NCBI GenBank assembly: GCA_029550925.1
Contig: JAKPGL010000016.1
Location: 1,734-65,733 of the forward strand
From: Planctomycetota bacterium
GTDB lineage: Bacteria > Planctomycetota > Planctomycetia > Pirellulales > Thermoguttaceae
Reading direction: 5' to 3'
DNA: 64,000 nucleotides
Within the stretch, counting starts at the first letter, position 1. Each line of letters opens with the position of its first letter. The notes under the pieces were generated by a model. The model saw nothing but the letters and a program-made list of their open reading frames with translations, was not told the DNA's origin and searched no databases. Positions 9,315 through 17,689 of the stretch are shown piece by piece. A program made the position numbers and the translations under genes.

Positions 9315-12300
9315 CCAAAGACCCTTCGGCCGAAGAATTCCGAAGTTGCTTCCTCAATTCCTCCGTTAATTTTCGGAGGGCCTCGTCTAATTGTTGCACG
9401 CTTTCGGTCGAGGGAAAAGAGCCAGCCTGGGCGAGTTGTTCGATGGCCCACGCTTGTTGATAGATAGATGTATCGCCGAAAATGCGGACCGAGCCTTTCA
9501 AACGGTGGGCGGCCAGGCGGAGGGCGCGAGCGTCCTGCTGGGCGATGGCCTGGCGGATTGCCTCTTGAAGTTGGGGAGCTTCTTGCAGAAGGGTTTCTAC
9601 TACGGAACGCAATAAATATTCGTCGCCTCGGACCGCCCGCTTAGCCGCCTCCCAATCCACCAGCCCCACCAAGGCGGCCGCAGACAGTTCAGAAGGGTTT
9701 TCCGCCGGCGGCTCAGAGAGGCTTTGCGCCGTGTGCTCGGTCGGGGCTTGGTTTTTTTGCAGGACATCGGAGATGGCTTGGAAAAGGCGCCGGACTCGCA
9801 GAGGTTTGGAAATGTAATGGTCCATCCCATAGGCCCGCACTTTGACCAGTTCCTCGGAAAGTTCATGGGCGGTCAGAGCGATAATAGGCAGATGGCCCCC
9901 CTGCTGCTTTTCCCAACTGCGAATCGCTTGAGTCGCCTCCCAACCGTCCATCTCGGGCATGTGAAGGTCCATCAGCACCACATCAAAAGATTGAGTTTGG
10001 ACGGCATCCACCGCTTCCCGGCCTGTTCGGGCCAGGGTTACTTTATGCCCATATCGCTCCAACAGGCCGACGGCCAGTTGTTGGCCGACCGGACTGTCTT
10101 CGGCTACTAGAATCCGTAGCGGCGGCAGCGCCGGCACCCCAGAGGGTTCCTCACGTTTCGGGCGCTGCAGGGGCAAAGGACCGACGCCCACTCCCCACAG
10201 AACCAACTCCAACAACTCGGAGGGTGTATAAGGTTTTATTAACGTAGCCCCTTGCCAACGAGCGCCCGGGAACACCTCCGAACCAACGCACCCCGCAGGC
10301 GTCATCCCAATGACTCGGCAGCGGGTCTGGACGGACTGGCTAAGCCAGTCGGCTATTTGGGACTTCTCCTGCGCCGGCCAGGCAGCGGTCATAAGCAGCA
10401 GATCAAAACCGCCGCCCTCTCTAGCAGCGGCCTCCCAATGGTGTTTTGCCTCGGCGAGGTTGGACGCACAGCTCGGTTCCAGGCCCCAGCTTCGGAGCAA
10501 TCCTTCCAGGTTTTGCCGTTCCAACGGATGCGGCTCGAGGACCAATATCCGGCGGCCCTGAAGCGGGGCCAGTTGGTCAGGGGCGGGCCAAGGTTCTTCT
10601 TTCGACGCCAACCCAAACCGGGCGGTAAAGTGGAAACAACTTCCTTGGCCCAGTTGGCTCTCCGCCCAGATGCGGCCCTGCATGGAAGCCGCCAAACGAG
10701 AACAGATAGCCAGCCCAAGCCCTGTGCCGCCGTATTTCCGGGTGGTCGATTTGTCCGCCTGCTCGAACATCTCGAAGATGTTTTCCAATTTTTCCGGCGG
10801 AATACCGACGCCGGTGTCCCGCACCTGGAAGTGCAATTGGACGCTGTCGGCTTGCTGGTCCAGACACTCCACCTCCAAGCAAATCTCCCCGCGATCGGTA
10901 AACTTGATCGCATTGCCTACCAGGTTGCTGATCACCTGCCGCAATCGCAACGGATCGCCTACGAGCGTTTCCGGCGTATCCGGCGAGATATACCAAAGCA
11001 GGAGCAGACCTTTGCCATGGGCCAAAAAGGCGAGGTTCTTCAACGTCTCCGCCGTGAGTTCTCGTAACCGGAAGGGAATCTGTTCCAGTTCCAACCGCCC
11101 CGCCTCGATTTTTGAGAAATCCAATAAATCATTCAGGACCATCAAGAGGTTTTCCCCGGCGTCCCGGATCATTTCGACATAGGCCTGCTGAGCCGACTCC
11201 AAGGGGCCTTCTAAAACCAACTCCGTCAGCCCAAGCAACGCATGGAGCGGGGTGCGGATTTCATGGCTCACATTGGCTAGAAATTGGCTTTTGGCCTGGT
11301 TGGCGGCTTCGGCGGCTTCCTTGGCCGCCTTCAGTGCCTCGGCCGCCAACTTCTGTTCGGTAATATCGCGCGAAATGCCGTAGGTCCCGATAATCCGTCC
11401 CTCCGCATCCCGCAGGGGCAGCTTGGTGGTGGAAACCCAACTGATATGGCCGTCCGGCCAGGTTTCTTTTTCTTCTTTGTTCAGGATCGATCGGCCTGTT
11501 GCCAGGATGTATTGTTCGTCGGCCATCGCTTGTTCGGCGTGTTCCGGGGTGAAAAAGTCGAAGTCCGTTTTTCCCTCGGCTTCGCTGGGATGAGACAGTC
11601 CGAAGTACCGGGCCATGGCGCGGTTGATGCGGATGAACCGGCTCTGGTGGTCCTTGAAATAGATGTTATGGGGTAAATTGTCCATTAGGGTCTGGAGCAA
11701 GGTCCGTTCTTTTTCCAAGGCCATTTCGGCCCGCCGGCGGTCCGTAATGTCCCAAAAGATCACCTGAACGCCTACGATTTGGCCCGCCGCATCTCGAATG
11801 GGGAATTTCATCACCTGAACATATTTTCTTTCTCCCTCTTGCACATTTTCTTCCACCGTCTCCAAAAACTGCCCTGTCTCCATCACCCGACGGTCATCCG
11901 CTCGGTACTTTTCCGCCAAATCCGAGGGATAAAGATCAAAATCCGTTTTCCCGAGTATCTCCTCCAACGGCCGTTTCAAAAGCCGGCAAAAAGCCTGGTT
12001 AGCGAAAGTGAACCGCCCCTGGACGTTCTTTCGCAACACAGCCACCGGCAACCCTTCGACCAGCGAAGAATATAACGCCTGAGACTCCTGCAGCGTACGT
12101 TCTTGAAGTTCCAGGTTCTCTTTGGCCTTCCGGAGTTCGGCGGTTCGACGCTGCACCAAGGTCTGGACCTGCGCGTGCCGAGAGAGCACAAGATGAACAT
12201 AAGCCAACAACACGCAGAGCACGGACAACCCGCCCATGAATATAAGTTCTGGCGCCAAACTGGAATGCTTGGCCAAAAAGGTCGGCGTCGGCGCCCCGTA

Positions 12301-13365
12301 CAATCGCCACGGTTGGCCGAATATCTCCATCGGAGAATGCTCATGGAGCCCGGCAATCAACTCCGCACCGCTCAGGGGCCTGGTCGATTCACTCCCTACG
12401 TCCCCAGGCCAATAGCAAATTAACCGTCCGTTCTCTTCCGCCGAGCCGTGATACCAATAGAGATCGATCCCCAAGGGAGGCAACTCCTTGAGAGCCTGCT
12501 CCATGAGCACGCGGGCCTGGGAAACGCCAAAGACCACTCCTTCCGAAGTGGCCGATGGGGCTAACCCCGTTCCGCCTGCTCCCGGGGCCTGCCCCGCCAA
12601 TGCGTCGTCTTCCCCGGAAGGCAAATCAACCGAGCGGCCTGCCGCAGAACCCGAAGATCGGCTCGCCGATACACAAATGAAGTAAACCCATTCGTCCCGC
12701 TTGCCTCCCACCGCGATTTGCCCGATCGCCCTCTCCGACTTTCCAAACCCAAGTTGCTGAAGGATCGCGTCGCTTCCGCTGAGGGAATCTAAATCCATAC
12801 CTACCTTTAAAAAAGCCGGTTTCAACGCCTCTAAGTAGTAAATCTTTAACGCCTTCTGGCCGATCGGCGAACCGGGCGATTTCAGGGCGCCTGCCGGCGA
12901 ATCCGCCGCGGACGCAACCGGTTCTTTAACGCCTCCCGGTGCAGACCCCGAAGGAGAACCCGGCTTGACGCCCGGCGAACTTCTCACGCCGGTCCCTTCC
13001 AAAGTCCCCCTGTCAGGTCCAGCCCATCCAAGTTCGTGCAATCCTGGATGCTTGGCCAGCAGCGGGCGGGTGAACGTTTTGAACTCTTCCGGGGACACAT
13101 ACTGAGAAGCCTGAAAAAATGCCCCGACCTCTTCCACCGCCTCGAACGTGTTCCGAATGTGCTCTTCGATCGTATGGAACCGCTGCTGCACCTGGAGCCG
13201 GAAGTCCGTCTCCCGACGGCCTTGCTCCCAAAGAACTAAGCTATGATACATGGCCAGACAGCCAGCAACGCCCACGAAGGCAATCCCTCCCAGGATCACC
13301 CACCGGAGTCGCACCGACTGCACCCACTGCGTCTGCGACATAACGTCGCTACCTCGCTGCCCCAT
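9307..13365 (-). CDS. Hybrid sensor histidine kinase (TM, extracytoplasmic domain, TM, PAS repeats, HisKA-HATPase, receiver domains, HPt)
   Basis: 1352 aa. H-box is ANVSHEIRTPLHALLGL and G2 box is GGTGLGLAI. The receiver shows ILVAEDSPVGQ and VVLMDLHMPEMDG. The C-terminal HPt shows AAHRLKGS. An alternative start lies at 13341. Confidence 0.9.
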   Translation of the reverse strand: MGQRGSDVMSQTQWVQSVRLRWVILGGIAFVGVAGCLAMYHSLVLWEQGRRETDFRLQVQQRFHTIEEHIRNTFEAVEEVGAFFQASQYVSPEEFKTFTRPLLAKHPGLHELGWAGPDRGTLEGTGVRSSPGVKPGSPSGSAPGGVKEPVASAADSPAGALKSPGSPIGQKALKIYYLEALKPAFLKVGMDLDSLSGSDAILQQLGFGKSERAIGQIAVGGKRDEWVYFICVSASRSSGSAAGRSVDLPSGEDDALAGQAPGAGGTGLAPSATSEGVVFGVSQARVLMEQALKELPPLGIDLYWYHGSAEENGRLICYWPGDVGSESTRPLSGAELIAGLHEHSPMEIFGQPWRLYGAPTPTFLAKHSSLAPELIFMGGLSVLCVLLAYVHLVLSRHAQVQTLVQRRTAELRKAKENLELQERTLQESQALYSSLVEGLPVAVLRKNVQGRFTFANQAFCRLLKRPLEEILGKTDFDLYPSDLAEKYRADDRRVMETGQFLETVEENVQEGERKYVQVMKFPIRDAAGQIVGVQVIFWDITDRRRAEMALEKERTLLQTLMDNLPHNIYFKDHQSRFIRINRAMARYFGLSHPSEAEGKTDFDFFTPEHAEQAMADEQYILATGRSILNKEEKETWPDGHISWVSTTKLPLRDAEGRIIGTYGISRDITEQKLAAEALKAAKEAAEAANQAKSQFLANVSHEIRTPLHALLGLTELVLEGPLESAQQAYVEMIRDAGENLLMVLNDLLDFSKIEAGRLELEQIPFRLRELTAETLKNLAFLAHGKGLLLLWYISPDTPETLVGDPLRLRQVISNLVGNAIKFTDRGEICLEVECLDQQADSVQLHFQVRDTGVGIPPEKLENIFEMFEQADKSTTRKYGGTGLGLAICSRLAASMQGRIWAESQLGQGSCFHFTARFGLASKEEPWPAPDQLAPLQGRRILVLEPHPLERQNLEGLLRSWGLEPSCASNLAEAKHHWEAAAREGGGFDLLLMTAAWPAQEKSQIADWLSQSVQTRCRVIGMTPAGCVGSEVFPGARWQGATLIKPYTPSELLELVLWGVGVGPLPLQRPKREEPSGVPALPPLRILVAEDSPVGQQLAVGLLERYGHKVTLARTGREAVDAVQTQSFDVVLMDLHMPEMDGWEATQAIRSWEKQQGGHLPIIALTAHELSEELVKVRAYGMDHYISKPLRVRRLFQAISDVLQKNQAPTEHTAQSLSEPPAENPSELSAAALVGLVDWEAAKRAVRGDEYLLRSVVETLLQEAPQLQEAIRQAIAQQDARALRLAAHRLKGSVRIFGDTSIYQQAWAIEQLAQAGSFPSTESVQQLDEALRKLTEELRKQLRNSSAEGSLDA

Positions 13366-13730
13366 CTTCGCCTACCTTTGTCCAGATCGCTCCCCGCTCA
13401 GAAACGACGCTGTTTTCAAAACCCAATCACCTTACTTTATGAAAAAGAAAATTACAAGACTTCTAACCCAAAAACAGGAAAAAAACGTGAACAAACTAAC
13501 CAGTCCTTACTCGGCTGGATATTTGCCGCAGGATTTTTAACAGCGATTTTGGGAACCCAGAAAGCTGGGGAAGAACATTTTCCAGGAAAAGGGGCTTTGG
13601 CATCCTTTTGGGTGCTTCTTTTGAGGGACTTTTTCCCTTATCTTTTATCCTAGGAAGGTTTCTTTGCGCAAACAAGCCTAGTATTCCAGGGAGAGGCTCA
13701 AAATTTTGGTTTTTCCACCAAGGAAAGAGG

Positions 13731-14798
13731 ATGGCTGAGGAAAGTTTAGCAGCTTTGGGGTCAGGACGGTTACATCCGGTGGAAACTCGGTTAGCCACTG
13801 TCTGGCCCCCCCAAGAGTGGCTATCCCGGGGGGTGATTCTTGCCCTTTCCGGAGGGCCGGATAGTGTGGCCCTGTTCCGGGCTATGCTGGCCCTGCGCCA
13901 AGACCAGTCCACCGATAACGGGGGGCTAATAGTAGCCCATTTTAACCATCGGCTTCGGGGACCGGCTTCTGACGAAGATGCCCAATGGGTGGAAAACCTT
14001 TGCCAGCGGTGGGCGGTACCGTGCCAAATCGGTTCCCCTCGTTCGGCCGATGAGCTGATGACCCAAAAAGGCAGTCCCTCCGAAGCCCTGGCCCGAAAAG
14101 CCCGTTATCAGTTCCTCCGCCAAGTGGCCGAACAGTATGGGTTCCGATATGTAGCTACCGCCCATACGGCCGATGATCAGGTCGAAACCATCCTCCATCG
14201 AATTTTCCGAGGTACCGGTATTGCCGGGTTGGCCGGCATGAGCCGGGCCAGGCTCCTCAGCCCAGCGGTTACGCTCATCCGTCCTTTTTTGAGCTTCAGC
14301 AGGCAGGAACTGCGGCAATATCTGGCCGATCTGGGCCAAGATTATCGCCACGATGCCTCCAATGAAGATGTTCGGTTTACCAGGAACCGGATTCGGCGGC
14401 AATTATTGCCTCTTCTTAGGGATCAGTTTAATCCCCATGTGGAGGAGGCCGTTTTACGCCTGGGCCGATTGGCCGGGGAAGTTGCCGAATGGATCCACAC
14501 GGAAGCTGCCCGACAATTGAAAGAAACGGCTTTTCACGAGGGGCAGACGTGGGTGTTTCGGGCGGATCGCTTGGCTAAATTGCCCAACTTTCTTATTCGG
14601 GAAATCTTTCGCAGTTTATGGCGTCAACAGGGCTGGCCCCAACAACAGATGGGCCAGGCCGAGTGGGAACTCCTGGTAGAGGCAGTCCGGCAGGCCATCC
14701 ACTTACCCCATCAAAGGTTAGTCCGCAGGACCCTGCCCGGAGCGATTTTCGTGGAGGCGGTGGCCGGCCAAGTACGGGTTTACCCTCTTAAGGGGTAG
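13731..14798 (+). CDS. tilS: tRNA(Ile)-lysidine synthase
   Basis: The ORF runs 13608-14798. ATG at 13731 follows GGAAAGAGG. The PP-loop SGGPDSVAL is present, followed by ATAHTADDQVETILHRIFRG. Confidence 0.85.
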   Translation: MAEESLAALGSGRLHPVETRLATVWPPQEWLSRGVILALSGGPDSVALFRAMLALRQDQSTDNGGLIVAHFNHRLRGPASDEDAQWVENLCQRWAVPCQIGSPRSADELMTQKGSPSEALARKARYQFLRQVAEQYGFRYVATAHTADDQVETILHRIFRGTGIAGLAGMSRARLLSPAVTLIRPFLSFSRQELRQYLADLGQDYRHDASNEDVRFTRNRIRRQLLPLLRDQFNPHVEEAVLRLGRLAGEVAEWIHTEAARQLKETAFHEGQTWVFRADRLAKLPNFLIREIFRSLWRQQGWPQQQMGQAEWELLVEAVRQAIHLPHQRLVRRTLPGAIFVEAVAGQVRVYPLKG

Positions 14799-14947
14799 TA
14801 TCCTCTCCTTTGAATACGTATAAAAATATCCCATTTTATAACAATTTTGCCCAAATTAGGCCATTTCAGGTTATCTCGGGATCTTGGGCTTTCCCCCTTT
14901 CTTTTCCCAATAATGGGTGTTTACAAAATAACCCAACACAAAACCGG

Positions 14948-15140
14948 GTAACACGTTAGCCGAATGCTGTCCTTGGCACTGCCGCGCAAGCGCCCAATTT
15001 AGGCTTCTTGCAGCCTCTCCTTGGGAAGAATAACAACGTAGCCGCTTCCTAGGAACTGGATTCTCGCTTGCGCGGGAATGACAATACAGGGCAAATTCCG
15101 CCCTAAAATAAGCCTCCTTTGGATTCGGCTAAAATGGTAC
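14948..15140 (+). mobile_element. MITE-like palindromic repeat, copy 2 (193 bp) with 8-bp target-site duplication
   Basis: Termini are GTAACACGTTAGCCGAATGCTG and GGATTCGGCTAAAATGGTAC. AAAACCGG lies directly on both sides, at 14940-14947 and 15141-15148. Confidence 0.85.
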
Positions 15141-15257
15141 AAAACCGGAAACTTTTTTCCCGTCCGGTGCGTCCAAAAGATGAACACACTTTTTGATCGG
15201 CACGGCTGGCTGAGCAGCGGCCAGGTTATATGGACCTTCTTTGCAAGGAGTTTGGCC

Positions 15258-17600
15258 ATGAGACGACGCATTATGGGTTTGGGGTTGGTGTTGGTGTTTC
15301 TCCTGCCTCTGGTGGCGCAAGCCCAAGGGGTTTTAGTGGTGGAGGATCCGGGGCAATCGGTACGGTTGCCCCGGCCGGGCATTATCTGGCCGCCGCCTTA
15401 TCCGCCGCATCCCCCGCATCCGGTACCCCCGCCGCCTCCGCCGCCGGCTACCTATAAGATCAAGGAACTCAGCGTCAATGCTCGGATTGTCGATCAGGTG
15501 GCCAGTGTGCAGGTTACCCAGTCGTTCGTCAATACCGGGAGCCGACAGTTGGAAGTTTCGTTCGTCTTCCCGTTGCCCTACGATGGGGCGATTGATCAAC
15601 TGACCCTGATGGTCGATGGGAAGGAATACCCGGCCAAACTGATGAAGGCCGAGGAGGCCCGCCGACTCTACGAAAACATTGTTCGCAAGAACAAAGACCC
15701 GGCCCTATTGGAGTGGATCGGCACGGGGCTGTTTAAGACCAGTGTGTTTCCGGTGCCGCCGGGCGCAGAGCGGAAGGTGATCCTCCGCTATAACCAGCTT
15801 TGCCGAAAGTTCGAGGGGCTCACCGATTTCCTGTTCCCCTTGAGCACCGCCAAATACACGTCCGATCCGGTCGATGAGATCAATTTCCGGATCAGCATCG
15901 AAAGCCAGGATGAGATTAAAAATGTGTATAGTCCCACCCATCCGGTCGATATCAAGCGCCCGGACGATAAACACGCTACGGTAAGCTGGAAGGTGGAAAA
16001 GCAGATACCGGCCAGCGATTTCCGCCTGTTCTACGATATTGGCAAAGGGACGGTCAGCACTCGGGTCGTAAGCTATCGGCCCAACGACAAAGACGACGGT
16101 TATTTTCTCTTGTTGGCTAGCCCCAAGATCGAGCAGACCGGGGAACGGCCTAAGAAAACGGTGATTTTCGTAGTGGATCGTTCGGGCAGCATGAGCGGCA
16201 AGAAGATCGAGCAGGCCCGAAACGCCGCCAAATTTATCCTCCAGAACCTCCGGGAAGGCGACACATTCAACATCATCGCCTACGATAGCACGGTCGAAGT
16301 CTTTCGACCGGAGCTTCAGCGCTATAACGACGAAACCCGTCGGGCCGCTCAGGGATTTATTGAAGGGCTTTATGCCGGCGGCAGCACGAATATCGACGGC
16401 GCGTTGAAAGCCGCCCTGGCCCAACTGACAGATCCAAGCCGGCCCAGCTACATCATCTTCCTGACCGACGGTCTGCCCACCGCCGGCGAAACCAACGAAA
16501 TGCGGATCACCGCCAACGCCAAGGAAAACAACAAGGTGCGGGCCAGGATTTTCGCCTTTGGCGTTGGCTATGATGTGAACGCTCGGCTGTTGGATCGGCT
16601 TGTGTCGGAGAACTTCGGCCAGAGCGAATACGTCCGGCCCGAGCAGGACCTGGAAGATGCGGTGTCCAGGTTCTATCGCCGGATCGAATCCCCGGTGATG
16701 ACCGATGTAAAGATTGAGATCACGGTGGATACGGCCAAGCCGGAGGACGGCCCGATCGTCAACCGCATGTATCCCAAGGGGCCGATCGACCTGTTTGCCG
16801 GGCAGCAATTGGTCCTGGTGGGCCGATACAAAAAGTCCGGGGCGGCCAAGGTGGTTGTCCAGGGCAAAGTGGGCGATCATGTGCAGAAGCTGGACTTCCC
16901 GGCCAATCTGGTGGAAAAAAGCCCGGATGAAAGCCTCGGCTTTGTGGAAAAACTCTGGGCGATCCGCCGGATCGGCGAAATCCTGGACGAAATTGATCTG
17001 AAGGGCAAAAACGACGAGTTGGTCAAGGAGCTTGTGGAGTTGGCCACCCGGCACGGCGTGGTAACCCCGTACACCTCGTTCTTGGCCGACGAGAATGCCC
17101 CGATCGGTGCGGTAACGGCCAATGTGGATCGGGCCAACCGACGGCTGGAGGCCCTGGCCCAGGCCGACGGTTTCGGCGGCGTTGGCCAACGGGCCTTCCG
17201 CGGGGCAATGAAAGCGGCTGAACAGGCAGCGCCGGCGCCCAGTATGGGGCTGCCTGGAGGACCGCCGCCTGCAGCCGAGGCGGCTCGGGCCTTCAAAGAA
17301 TCCGGTAATGCCCTCGGAGGCGCTTTGGCTAGGGAGGCCGCCGACGCCGATCGGGAAGTCCTCCAGGCTGGCCAAAACATGCGCCAGGTGGGCAACCGCA
17401 CCTTCTACCGTCGGCAAAACCAGTGGATCGACTCCACCCTGATGGAAACCCAGCAAAAGAACGTCCAGCGCATTAAACAGTTTAGCCGAGAGTACTTCGA
17501 CTTGGCTAACCGCTACGGACGGACCATGTCCCAGTACCTCGTCTTTGACGAGCCAGTCATGGTCAACCTGGGCAACCAAGCCTACTTGATCGAACCGTAA
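15258..17600 (+). CDS. Secreted VIT plus von Willebrand factor A domain protein
   Basis: The ORF runs 15078-17600. ATG at 15258 follows AAGGAG. The signal peptide is MRRRIMGLGLVLVFLLPLVAQAQG, followed by a poly-Pro linker and a VIT-like region. The vWA MIDAS motif is VVDRSGSMSG. Confidence 0.85.
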   Translation: MRRRIMGLGLVLVFLLPLVAQAQGVLVVEDPGQSVRLPRPGIIWPPPYPPHPPHPVPPPPPPPATYKIKELSVNARIVDQVASVQVTQSFVNTGSRQLEVSFVFPLPYDGAIDQLTLMVDGKEYPAKLMKAEEARRLYENIVRKNKDPALLEWIGTGLFKTSVFPVPPGAERKVILRYNQLCRKFEGLTDFLFPLSTAKYTSDPVDEINFRISIESQDEIKNVYSPTHPVDIKRPDDKHATVSWKVEKQIPASDFRLFYDIGKGTVSTRVVSYRPNDKDDGYFLLLASPKIEQTGERPKKTVIFVVDRSGSMSGKKIEQARNAAKFILQNLREGDTFNIIAYDSTVEVFRPELQRYNDETRRAAQGFIEGLYAGGSTNIDGALKAALAQLTDPSRPSYIIFLTDGLPTAGETNEMRITANAKENNKVRARIFAFGVGYDVNARLLDRLVSENFGQSEYVRPEQDLEDAVSRFYRRIESPVMTDVKIEITVDTAKPEDGPIVNRMYPKGPIDLFAGQQLVLVGRYKKSGAAKVVVQGKVGDHVQKLDFPANLVEKSPDESLGFVEKLWAIRRIGEILDEIDLKGKNDELVKELVELATRHGVVTPYTSFLADENAPIGAVTANVDRANRRLEALAQADGFGGVGQRAFRGAMKAAEQAAPAPSMGLPGGPPPAAEAARAFKESGNALGGALAREAADADREVLQAGQNMRQVGNRTFYRRQNQWIDSTLMETQQKNVQRIKQFSREYFDLANRYGRTMSQYLVFDEPVMVNLGNQAYLIEP

Positions 17601-17656
17601 ATGGGCGGTGGGGCTTCCCGGCGCGTTGCCCCCCTATGTTTTCACAGTCAACGAGG

Positions 17657-17685
17657 GTAAGGGCGGGTTTTGAACCCGCCCTTAC
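17657..17685. terminator. GC-rich hairpin between convergent genes (candidate bidirectional terminator)
   Basis: GTAAGGGCGGG, loop TTTTGAA, CCCGCCCTTAC: an 11-bp perfect stem. It sits 57 nt after the vWA gene stop and 4 nt from the hypF stop. Only a weak T-tract (TGTTT) follows. Confidence 0.45.
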
Positions 17686-17689
17686 TGTT

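Noticed and set aside
15705-17579. A long antisense ORF (624 aa) opposite the VIT/vWA gene. Similar shadow ORFs occur at 21054-22316, 40661-41941, 45051-46205, 49704-51239, 5571-6548, 6727-7692 and 10252-11067.
   Set aside because: Each lies entirely opposite a gene with clear family motifs. Their translations are Arg/Pro/Gly-rich and low in complexity, with no recognisable domains. This is typical of shadow ORFs in GC-rich DNA.
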